64,000 bases of DNA from Phoronis australis (Eukaryota > Animalia > Phoronida), in assembly GCA_002633005.1 (NCBI GenBank), contig NMRA01000391.1, positions 62,001 through 126,000 of the forward strand, in the 5' to 3' direction. Each line of letters opens with the position of its first letter. Position 1 is the stretch's first letter. The notes under the pieces were generated by a model that saw only the letters and a list, made by a program, of their open reading frames with translations, did no database searches and was not told the origin of the DNA. Shown here one piece after another: positions 39,901 through 49,203 of this stretch. The position numbers and the translations under genes are program-made.

Positions 39901-42900
39901 TTCATTATATTTCATTAAAATTCCTGGGGTTAAGTTATCACTTGAGCATTATTTCTTAACTGTTATCCGATCTTGTAAATTTCTGTTCATAGCAATCTTC
40001 CTTTGGACACGTATTGCTTGAAATTAGATTCTCATTTCACTTCTAACATGTTATTATTTCAACTGGCAATTATTTTTTCAAGTGGCATTCCACATTTTGA
40101 GTTTTTCATTAAATCGTGATTCAACGTTAGTCAAAATGCTTATGCAAAACTAGTTGAAACTGGTCAAACTAACTAATACTAAGTGATTGAAAGCTTCAAG
40201 TTTCGGGAAATACCTCATTTGCTCTGTGCTAATTACTGGTAGTTAATTGCCTATAGAATTTTCATATAAAGCTGCAGTTGTAAACTCGCCTTCTATCAAA
40301 GAACATAACTTTTGTTTTTGACCTCTTACTTCTCCATGAAAGTGGACTCAACTTGTTCCTTACTCAGATCAAAAGTGATCTCTGGGCTTGGACATTTCGT
40401 TATTGCTCCGCATCATGTTCAGCACATGAAATGAGCTGTCGTGACAAGCCAACTTATTGAGACTGATGTTGAGCAATAATGTTTTTCTCAAGCCCAGCAA
40501 CTAGTTCTTGTCTGATTGAAGAACAAGTTGAGACCAGTTTTAGAAACGGTAAGGTGTTTTTCTTTGTCTTAGGTCGTGATGAACAAACTGATTGAATCAC
40601 CAAGTGATGAAATGATCTCAAGTGCCATAAAGAGGCTGGAAGATTTAGGTGCACTGCACGTTGACGAAGAGCTGACAGCCCTGGGGTACCACTTGGCATC
40701 CCTGCCAGTTGATGTTAGGTGTGTTTGTGTGGTCTAGAATGTCACATGCATTTGAGTCGTCTAACAAAATACATTTCACTTGGGCTTTCTACCCACAAGC
40801 CAAATTAAAAGTTTTTGTTCTTTACATCCAAAAATGCCACTAATTTTTGTTGTTTTTTTCTTGTGCTGGTTTTCATTCTTATGCTCCTTGTTTATTGAAT
40901 TGTTTATACATGAAGTCGGTGTGTTCATTGCTGAAATATTAATTTGTTAACTCGATATGGTCAGTGCAGTTATTATTTGGGGTTTGTATGTCTGTTGTTT
41001 TCACATTTTTTCTGAAGTCTTATATTGTTGTGTTTTTCAGGATTGGAAAGTTGATGATATTTGGTGCTATTTTTCGCTGCCTGGATTCAGTCCTGACCAT
41101 TGCTGCAGCTCTCAGTTACAAATCGCCGTTTGTGAGTATTGATATTTTAGTTTTTCTGTGCTATTTTACAGCCTTAATGTTAAATTGAATGTTTCTCAAG
41201 GCATGTACATTTCTTCATTTGTTACTCTTTGTGTGATGTTAACGCCTTGTTGATTGCAACCCAAAATGCCACTCTGTCTAACTGATGTTATAGTGGCTGA
41301 TTTGATCTGTAGTAATTTTGACTGTGAATAAATCAAGTCACTCAAGGCATAGTCAACAAAAAGTTGACATGCCCAAAATTTGTGTATCATGAACAACGGT
41401 ATTGTGAAAATCTATTTCAAAACCAGAAATCATTTGCAAATTAGTTGAATAATGTTTGTCCAGAAATTTTTTGAATTTTGGATCACGAGGGATATTGTCA
41501 ACTTTATATGAAAACTATGGCGTCTTACTTATTTTGACAGTGTAATCTTTGTATTGGTTACAGTTTTACGCATAAACTCACTGCTGACTGTGTTTTCATT
41601 CAGGTGTCGCCATTTGACAAGAGAGATGAAGCGGATAAAAAGAAGCTGGAATTTGCCACCAGCAGCAGTGATCATCTGACCATGTTAAAGGCATATAAGG
41701 TGAGAGCACATTTACCTCTTAAGTCCCATTGTACCTGCTTGTAATTCCATCTGTCGTTCATCCATGGAACTTGCCTAATTCCAGTCATTCTCTCAGTAGG
41801 TCTAAATCAAACATTAATTTTATTTTTTGTAACAAGACATGTTGTTTGTTATAACCTGATAAACAAAAGAATGATGAATATAATTTTGTATATTTCAAAT
41901 CATTGTAAAACCAAATTTTTTGAAGTCCTAAAATATTTTACAACGATAGTGTTTTCTCTTGCATTAAATAATTCGGACAATTTCATTTCGAATTATTGGA
42001 TTTTGCCATATACCGTACGCGTTTGCTGTTTACAGTGGCCCCTTCACCATGTTATGTTGTTTGTAGACAACTTGGCTGCTGACAATGTGTCTTTGACTAA
42101 CGTCTTTGCGTATATATAGATTATTACATGGGGTAGTCATTATCCCCCGCAATCTAAAGCCCTTGTGGATTTTGGAGAATTATTGCCCTCGCTCGGGTGA
42201 TAATTCTACAACATCCATGAGGGCTCTAGATAAGGGGGATAAAGACTGAGAACATGTAATAATCTATTTATACCACATACTAAACGATAAACATTGCGAT
42301 GAATCGATCAACCTTTCTCGACTCGCCACGACTTTGTAACTACTTTCTATGTCAGAGGCCCGGGGTCGGAGGTTGTGACCTTTTAAGAAACGCCGAGTTA
42401 TTCTTGTTAAAATAATGTTTTTGCTCAAAACCAATTGAAAATTTAAACAAAATAGAAATAAAGTGGGTAAACTATATAAAATAAGTTTTAAGCAACAAGT
42501 CTAGTTAACTAAACATCTTATCATACTAAACTTCCACCATTAAGATATCGTCTGCTAAATTAGGCTACCATTAGTTAGTGAGTTTAATGCCCAAGTGAAA
42601 GGATCCCGACGACACGTTCCCTAATTCAAACTGGAGATTGATGACAGATAAATTTTACTGATTAGAATTAAAGACGTTGTTTTCGTTGAAATTTTGCGTC
42701 TTATTTCTCATGGTGTATAAATGTCAGTAAAATGCCATTTGTTGAACATGCAATTATTGCGTGTGCTCATTTAAGTATTCTATTTTCACATTCGATGACG
42801 TCAGCTGCTGAGTGGCGGAGCGGTTAAGTCGACGTCCTGAAAATCTTGTGAAGCAGGTTTGAAACCGGCCTCAGCTTGCCGCCAGAATGTTATGCAATGT

Positions 42901-45900
42901 GCATTGAATAACTAAATGGGTTATTTATCGGTTGCATTGGCCATGTCAGGCTGATTATGTGATATAAATTTTGTTATTTCGCTCCTAACTATGAGCTTGT
43001 TGTTTTGTTCAGGAGTGGATATTGGCTTCCAAGAACGGATCCCATGCTGGCTATCTATACTGTATGGAAAACTACCTTTCTCTGAAAACACTGCAAGTAA
43101 GAAAATTTTAAAATTAAAATTGGGAAACATCTTTCACAGTTTCAAACACCTTAGCGATGTGTCAAGTGAGTTTCAAGGGCCTACACATGACCATCTTGTC
43201 TTAAAATTCTCGTGATTTGTTTTGATATTTCATGATAGGTAAGACATAGAGTCTTTGTGGTGATTTGAGATATTTTGATTTTTGTCTGTCAGTTATTAGA
43301 ACTAAGACTATTTGATACCTGTTTGTTGGTGAAGTGTACATTGTTATGTTGTCTGCTGTCTGTTCAAAGTGGGCATGTCCTGTCTGTCTCGTTAGTATGC
43401 TACAATTTGAACAATTCGTAGCACCTCATGAACTGTGTTTTCAATGACGCCCATCCCAAGAACGTTTCGCACAGTTGTACTTCTGCTGCTACTGGTTCAT
43501 ATTAGTGCTGTAACTATCACTTAAAAAATATTTCTCCTGTCATCTCAGATGCTCGCCAGCATGAAGAGGCAGTTTGTAGAGTTGTTGTCAGACATTGGAT
43601 TTGCACCTGAGGGTCTCACAAGCAAAGCATTGGAGAGACGGGCAAAAGGTGGCGCTGATGGAGTGGCCCTTGTGACAGGACCAGAGGTGATGACTCAGTT
43701 ATGAACCTAGTGTATAAATATAATGTGAACACAGTTTGTAGCTTAAGTGTTTGAGAATGTTTTGCCATGTAAAAAGGACCTTCTTGTCCTTGAAAGCATG
43801 TCTTTCAGTAAAGTTCTTCAGAGCTGTTTCCCAATATTATACTCAGGTTGTCGTTCGTGCTAATGTGGTAAAGTTAGGTGGTTATGGTTATGTAAGACCT
43901 TATCAATAAGACTGTGTGTTCCGCCAATTATCTTCAAAACTGTAGAATTAAACTAAAAAATTGTGACAGCAGAAGGCCTGTAGAATTTGATTTTTTACTT
44001 TATACCAAACTACCATTAATTATATCACGAGACCATGTCTTTTTTAGTAAAATTTAGCATGAAATAAAGATACATTCACAACAAAACAACAGGATGACCA
44101 AATTTTGTGTGATATAAATGTTTAAGATGAAATCTCATAAACACTGTTACAGTTTTCTAAATTATCATTTCATTTTATACGACTTTTGATTGTTTTTCTT
44201 AAAATCCACAAAGTCCATCTTTTGTTAGCTCTGCGTGCAAAAGTGATGCATTTTAAAAACAATTCCTACAAGTGTTTTTCTTAAAGCACAGTATCTGAAA
44301 GTTTAAACTGATAGCCATTTCTGAGATACAATATTCCAAAGTTCATGGATCCTGCATAACCTTTATGTTCTTTTTCGATATGTTCATGCTGTTTACCTAG
44401 TAAATTTTCATTTGTGTTTGTAGATTATAAGGGCCACGTATAGTTTGGAAGTGCTAAATAAACATTTAAGGATGTTTCACTACGGTGATCTTCTTTAATT
44501 TTGCCCAAAAATTCTAAACAAATTTGCAGTTGCGCATTTTTGAAAGGTGTTATTGTTAAAATGCTCAAAATTTTACCAACATTTAGTTTAAGATTGCTCA
44601 TCAGTACAAACCATTCTAATGGTTGAGAATTTGACAAAATATAATTTCAAATGTACACTATATCATGTGCTTATTATTAGTGAAGAACATTTCTTTCATT
44701 ATGTTGAGTTAGTGCTCCCTCTAGCAACAGGCCGAGCCATTCTAGCCTCTTAATTTTTTCACATTTTTTCAGCAGAGCAATATCCCATGTTATGGCAGTG
44801 AAGACAGCTGAGCCTTCTACGTAACTGACCTTTGTTCTCTCATTACAGGCTAATTCGAACTCAGACAACATGAAGTTGGTTTCGGCCATTTTGGTAGCTG
44901 CACTTTACCCCAACATTGTGCAGATTATGACCCCTGAGACCACCTTTACTAAAAGCAGTGCAGGTATTTAGTTCTGACAGTTAGCCATTCGTGCATTATC
45001 GGTGATTGCTGTTGTCACGATGAATCAATCAAGAGGTTACAAGATTTTTGTTGTAAAATGGCTACTGATGCCCCCAATGCCCGTTGTAGACTTCATTCCA
45101 TGTACTTCATCCCATGTACTTCATTCCATGTACTTCCTTTTGAATTATGTTTCTTCTATCCCATGGCTTTTTGAAGTTATCTTTAAAAACTCTTAAGTTA
45201 AAGGAAGTGTTTTTTATGGTTAATGACTTTTTTGTTTCAGGTGCTATTCCAAAGGCTCCAAAACCTGAGGAACTGAAGTTTAAAACACATTCAGATGGCT
45301 ATGTCCATATTCATCCGTCCTCTGTCAACTTCCAAGTACGGCATTACGAAAGCCCATACCTTGTATACCACGAGAAGGTCAAGACAAGTAAGGTATGCTG
45401 CTGTCTGTAGTTTTATCGAACTTAGAAGTTGTGATTTGCTTTCAAATGGTTTGTGTCCTCGCAAAGTCATCATAGATAATTTTCTTCACTTGCAGACATT
45501 CTCATTAATAGTTCATGTTCTGACCTGTACATGTTACTATTGTATCGAGCATGCACAATCCATGAGGATGGATGATTGTGTACCATGAATGTTATGCTTT
45601 ACCTGAATTCTGACTTATGGTAAAAATTCTCCTGTTTGGGATTTGCTCAAAGTCAGAGCTTGTACCAAATTTTAGATACAGGCAATATCTGACATCCAAA
45701 TTCAAAAATTATGATCAATATCATACAATAATTTGTTTTGATGTTACACAATATAAGGAGGCATGAAAATGTTATGCTATTACTAAATGCAGTGTCTGAT
45801 ATTTGAAAATATGATGAACGCCAAAAGTCATCCCATGTCCTAATTTTCACAATCAACCATGTTCAGTTTCAGCGTGGATTTCAGTGTCCCAAATTTTAAA

Positions 45901-47920
45901 GACTTTCCGAACTGAAGAAATTTCAGTTTAGTATTCTACATGTGTTGGTGAATTTTTTTATAATTAAAGGGACATGTCCAACTTTGGAGGAATACAGGTG
46001 GACTAACATCTAACGTCTTTTAAAACTAACATTTCGCTCTCTTTAGCTGGCTAAAAATAAAAATTGAATGAAGTCTTATTCTCATGATTGGTAACTGATA
46101 GGTAATCCTGTCATGGTAAGAAATAATTGAGACTGGTTTTGTGACAGTAAAAGGACGAATTTGATTTTCATTTTTAGCCAGCTTAACAGTGCTAAATTTA
46201 AAATTGTAGCCATCTGAATATTACATCTTAGAAAATGGTTTTCAAATATTTTTGCTGCACTAGTTTTCAAATGGGAGGAGGCAGTGTGGCCTAGTAGGTT
46301 GAGTGTCTGCCTCCTGTTCACTAGGTGGAGCCAGTGTGGCTTAGAGGGTTGAGTGTCTGTCTCCCGTTCACTAGGTATAGGCAGTGTGACCTAGTGGGTT
46401 GAGTATCTGCCTCTTCTTCATCAGGTGAAGGCATTGTGGCCTAGTGGGTTGTCTGCCTCCTGTTCACAAATAGGAGGCAATGTGACCTAGTGGGTTGTCT
46501 GCCTCCTGTTCACAAATAGGAGGCAGTGTGACCTAGTGGGTTGTCTGCTTCCTGTTCACAAATAGGAGGTATTGTGGCCTAGTGGGTTGAGTATCTGCCT
46601 CATGTTCACTGTGAGGAGGCTGTGTGGCCTAGTGGGTTGAGTGTCTGCCTCATGTTCACCAGGTTGTTGGTACAAATCACACTGGACCCACTGCTAGACC
46701 CTAGAGTCACATCTCTAGCTGCTTAGCTCGGTTCTAATTTGTGTTAATTGTGTCTGTTAAAGCTTATTCCATATAGTTACTCTCTAAAAATAAATTTTAG
46801 TGTTTTATCTTGGGAGTGTACCTTTAAGAGCTTTCTTGTTTTAAGAAATGTGTCAAATAGCCTCCTGTTTCAGGTGTTCATCCGAGACTGCAGCATGGTG
46901 TCTATCTACCCCCTTGTCTTGTTCAGTGGTGAGTCAGTCTCCATTGATCTTCACCGCGGTGACTTCATCGTTTCCATTGACGATGGGTGGATTAAGATAA
47001 AGGCTGCTTCACATCAGGTATCCTCACATATTTCTTCCTGTTTAGCGATTCTAAAAAACAAAACGCAAAACTCCGTAATCGGTCTTGGATTTTTTTAACC
47101 ATGATAGAACTTTAATTATTTCTATTGCCACAAAAAACTTACATTTCAATTGACAGTCAAAAAAGCTTTTCAGGGATTCATGGAGGTGGCCTGCACTTTC
47201 AAAATTTGTCCACTTCAAGACGGTCGCATGCTATCTCTCAGACCCCACAGAACTTTGAAAGCTGTTCTATTTGGGCAAGGATTTTTTAAGTCCTATTTTA
47301 TAAACTTTTGATTTAGACCACTTAATGCTATAAAATTGGTCTCATCCTGACTGTGACTCAGATGAGACAAGAGTTCTAAGCTTGAGAAGGACAAACTGCT
47401 CATAATAGCTTCAAACCGGACCCAGAAAGTGACATGTCACTTTGGGCAGGTTAGTCTTGGCTGCCGAGGCAGTTTGGCTGTCAAAGGAATTCTAGACGAT
47501 TTATTGTAACTGATTTCAATTGAAACAAAGGGTGCGGATTCGATAATGTTGCTTGTATGAGGAGATACTCGTGTGAAAATGGTGGTGTTTTGAACATCAG
47601 AGTATGACATATAGCTGTTTTAATTAACACATTTCTTGATTTTTCATTTAATCAATGGAGAGGGAGTGCTCTCTAAATGAATTTATTATTGTCTGAGTCT
47701 GTGAAAACTAACTACAAGGTATGTTTTTGTTTACCAAAACATGAACGTTTCACATCACCTTGCTGTTTCTTTTCAGGTGGCGCGATTGTTACAGGAATTA
47801 CGTGCTGAATTGGACCAGTTATTGGTGGACAAGATTGAGAACCCAGATGTCGACTTGTACACGTGTTCTCGTAGGGGAAGGGTTATTGAGACAATCGTCC
47901 ACCTCATCACATCCCAGTAA
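27649..47920 (+). CDS. DHX57: DHX57, ATP-dependent DEAH-box RNA helicase (spliced; 23 coding exons, 4179 nt, 1392 aa)
   Basis: Exons: 27649-27905, 28404-28556, 29541-29732, 30167-31181, 32265-32386, 33318-33516, 34141-34265, 35122-35255, 35897-36133, 36559-36665, 37476-37588, 38099-38158, 38796-38909, 39650-39890, 40573-40718, 41041-41131, 41604-41699, 43013-43096, 43549-43686, 44849-44963, 45241-45392, 46874-47017, 47777-47920. All junctions are GT-AG with matching phases. Domain order is RGG-rich N-terminus, UBA-like, RWD with inserted CCCH finger, then helicase motifs [34 protein letters not shown] and QRKGRAGR, then HA2/OB. This architecture is diagnostic of DHX57. Confidence 0.95.
28404..28556 (+). 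CDS. DHX57: DHX57 coding exon 2
   Basis: TTCCAG| ...[22 protein letters not shown]... GG|GTATGA, phase 2/2. Confidence 0.85.
29541..29732 (+). CDS. DHX57: DHX57 coding exon 3
   Basis: ATCAG| [15 protein letters not shown]...YAVRKLM AG|GTATGG. Confidence 0.85.
30167..31181 (+). CDS. DHX57: DHX57 coding exon 4 (UBA-like, RWD, CCCH zinc finger)
   Basis: [28 protein letters not shown]; [12 protein letters not shown]; [19 protein letters not shown]; [12 protein letters not shown]. Confidence 0.93.
31319..31529. mobile_element. Foldback MITE in a DHX57 intron
   Basis: TAAGTCAAGTACTGGAATTTG / CAAATTCTAGTATTTGACTTA ends, plus inner inverted arms CTAGTGGT..AGGTGGCG / CGCCACCT..ACCACTAG. Confidence 0.7.
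32265..32386 (+). CDS. DHX57: DHX57 coding exon 5
   Basis: RRKLPAW...[11 protein letters not shown] (first half of Walker A). Confidence 0.93.
33318..33516 (+). CDS. DHX57: DHX57 coding exon 6
   Basis: [13 protein letters not shown]...[16 protein letters not shown]...VGYQIRLE. Confidence 0.95.
34141..34265 (+). CDS. DHX57: DHX57 coding exon 7
   Basis: [15 protein letters not shown]...[13 protein letters not shown] (motif II). Confidence 0.95.
35122..35255 (+). CDS. DHX57: DHX57 coding exon 8
   Basis: [11 protein letters not shown]...[19 protein letters not shown] (motif III). Confidence 0.95.
35897..36133 (+). CDS. DHX57: DHX57 coding exon 9
   Basis: [16 protein letters not shown]...ENSPYAR. 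Confidence 0.92.
36559..36665 (+). CDS. DHX57: DHX57 coding exon 10
   Basis: [28 protein letters not shown]. Confidence 0.92.
37476..37588 (+). CDS. DHX57: DHX57 coding exon 11
   Basis: [20 protein letters not shown] (motif IV). Confidence 0.93.
38099..38158 (+). CDS. DHX57: DHX57 coding exon 12
   Basis: [17 protein letters not shown]. Confidence 0.93.
38796..38909 (+). CDS. DHX57: DHX57 coding exon 13
   Basis: [25 protein letters not shown] (motif V). Confidence 0.95.
39650..39890 (+). CDS. DHX57: DHX57 coding exon 14
   Basis: [17 protein letters not shown] (motif VI)...[11 protein letters not shown]. Confidence 0.95.
40573..40718 (+). CDS. DHX57: DHX57 coding exon 15
   Basis: RLEDLGAL...[15 protein letters not shown] (HA2). 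Confidence 0.93.
41041..41131 (+). CDS. DHX57: DHX57 coding exon 16
   Basis: [30 protein letters not shown]. Confidence 0.93.
41604..41699 (+). CDS. DHX57: DHX57 coding exon 17
   Basis: [31 protein letters not shown]. Confidence 0.93.
42111..42272. repeat. Imperfect palindrome of about 160 bp (hairpin/MITE)
   Basis: TAGATTATTACATG...ATCCCCC...GCCCT..TGGAT..AGAATTAT, mirrored around about 42190 and ending CATGTAATAATCTA. Confidence 0.85.
42807..42876 (+). pseudogene. tRNA-like sequence (degenerate tRNA pseudogene or SINE head)
   Basis: Acceptor stem GCTGAG/CTCAGC, A box TGGCGGAGCGG, T arm GCAGG-TTTGAAA-CCGGC. The D and anticodon stems pair poorly. Confidence 0.55.
43013..43096 (+). CDS. DHX57: DHX57 coding exon 18
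   Basis: [28 protein letters not shown]. Confidence 0.9.
43549..43686 (+). CDS. DHX57: DHX57 coding exon 19
   Basis: [18 protein letters not shown]...[10 protein letters not shown]. Confidence 0.92.
44849..44963 (+). CDS. DHX57: DHX57 coding exon 20
   Basis: [25 protein letters not shown]. Confidence 0.92.
45090..45136. repeat. 14-bp tandem repeat, 3 copies
   Basis: ACTTCATTCCATGT units. Confidence 0.85.
45241..45392 (+). CDS. DHX57: DHX57 coding exon 21
   Basis: [33 protein letters not shown] (OB fold). Confidence 0.95.
46277..46690 (+). repeat. 46/50-bp minisatellite, 8 copies, tRNA/SINE A-box derived
   Basis: GGAGGCAGTGTGGCCTAGTGGGTTG(AGTG)TCTGCCTCCTGTTCAC units; the last unit runs on into B-box-like GGTACAAATC. 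Confidence 0.9.
46874..47017 (+). CDS. DHX57: DHX57 coding exon 22
   Basis: [17 protein letters not shown]...[13 protein letters not shown]. Confidence 0.95.
47777..47920 (+). CDS. DHX57: DHX57 terminal coding exon
   Basis: [50 protein letters not shown] at 47918-47920. Confidence 0.93.
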   Translation: MARLLQELRAELDQLLVDKIENPDVDLYTCSRRGRVIETIVHLITSQ

Positions 47921-48258
47921 ATCTGAACTACTTTTGGTGGACAAGATTGAGAAATCAGATGTTAACATGTGCATGTGTTCTCCTAGAAAGGGTTTATTTG
48001 AGATGATTGTCCACCTCATCACATCCCAGTAAACAATTACTACTTTTGGTTGACAAGATTGAGAACCCAGATGTTGACCTGTGCATATTTTCTCATTGGG
48101 GGGAAGGGTCGTTGAGGTGGGTGTTGATCTCATCACATCCCAACAAACCTTGACTACTGTTAGTGGACAAGAGTAAGAATTTAGATGTCCGTTTGTACGT
48201 GTCTCCTCGTACCAGAGAAATGGTTGAGACCTTGGTCAATACTGCTTGCAGAACTTAA
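47809..48258 (+). repeat. 112-bp tandem repeat made of the DHX57 C-terminal coding segment (4 clear copies, with fainter copies to about 48440)
   Basis: Units start at 47809, 47921, 48033 and 48147 and share TTGGTGGACAAGATTGAGAA...CTCATCACATCCCAG. Confidence 0.9.
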
Positions 48259-49006
48259 TCAGATGTTAGGAGACAAAAGTGAATGCAGTGTGTTCGCTTC
48301 CTGAAGAAGTAATGTGCCTAGCAAATCTAGACCTGTTTTCATAGTGGAAAGGTTTTTTGATCATTGCCTTCCAGGTAGCTTATTTGTAGAGCAACCATAA
48401 TCTGAATGTCAACCTATACGCATATCTTCTCACAGTAAGAATTCTCATGTTAATCTGTACTAGTGTTCTAATTGGCTGTTATTCGAATTGGAATGCGTTG
48501 GTTCCACAGAATCTGGTGTAGGTTACTTTTTTGTGATCAACAGCTTCACATTGAAAATAACTGTTCCCCCTTAGTGATGATTATACATTTGATAGCTCCA
48601 CGTGCAATAGCTTGATGTACATATAAATAGTGCATAACTGTGATGTGTTGATCCACTGCCAATAGTTCATTCATGATTAAAGGCTCTCCACTGTGTTTGC
48701 TCAACTTTAGCCAGAGGTTTTGACATACGATCATGCGGATACACATATGGCTTGCATCCATCAACAGTGTGAAATACATGTTCATGCTTTTTTGAGACTT
48801 TGGGCAAAATTTTGTATGATCCTACTCACAAATAATATATTAGCACATTATTGGCCAGCCTTTACTGGTGTCACAATGAATCAATAGATAGCATGTAAGG
48901 ATTTCATTTTTTGTCTAAAATCATAGTACATTGCTTTGTGTATCTGTTTGAGATAACAGGTTTGGTATGTTTAAGGTAGGACCATTTTTCAAATTAGGTT
49001 TTTGAT

Positions 49007-49203
49007 TTAAAGCTGCATTTCGCCTTGTTGAGCAGGCTAAAATGAAAATCGAGTCATTTTACTCTGATCCTACTGTGACAGGATTCTATTGCCATTAAAC
49101 GAGAACATGAAAATCATCAGCAAGTCGAGACAATGCTCCAGAGTTTAATGGCCTTGACCAACCATAAAATTGTGAAGTCGAAAGTGGTGCAAGTGCGCTT
49201 TAA
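49007..49203. mobile_element. TTAA-flanked MITE; a related end lies at 6631-6740
   Basis: TTAA|AGCTGCATTTCGC ... GCAAGTGCGCT|TTAA. The same left-end sequence (TTAAAGCTGCATTTCGC..GGCTAAAA..GAAATCGA) occurs at 6631. Confidence 0.6.

Noticed and set aside
42807-42876. Functional tRNA-Phe gene
   Set aside because: The acceptor stem is only 6 bp, the D and anticodon stems are unpaired, and the T loop has TTT instead of TTC.
46277-46690. CRISPR array
   Set aside because: The units are contiguous with no unique spacers, lie in a eukaryotic intron, and there are no cas genes.
47809-48258. Diversity-generating retroelement template/variable repeat pair
   Set aside because: Differences between units are not adenine-specific (several are CpG transitions), and no reverse transcriptase is visible in the window.
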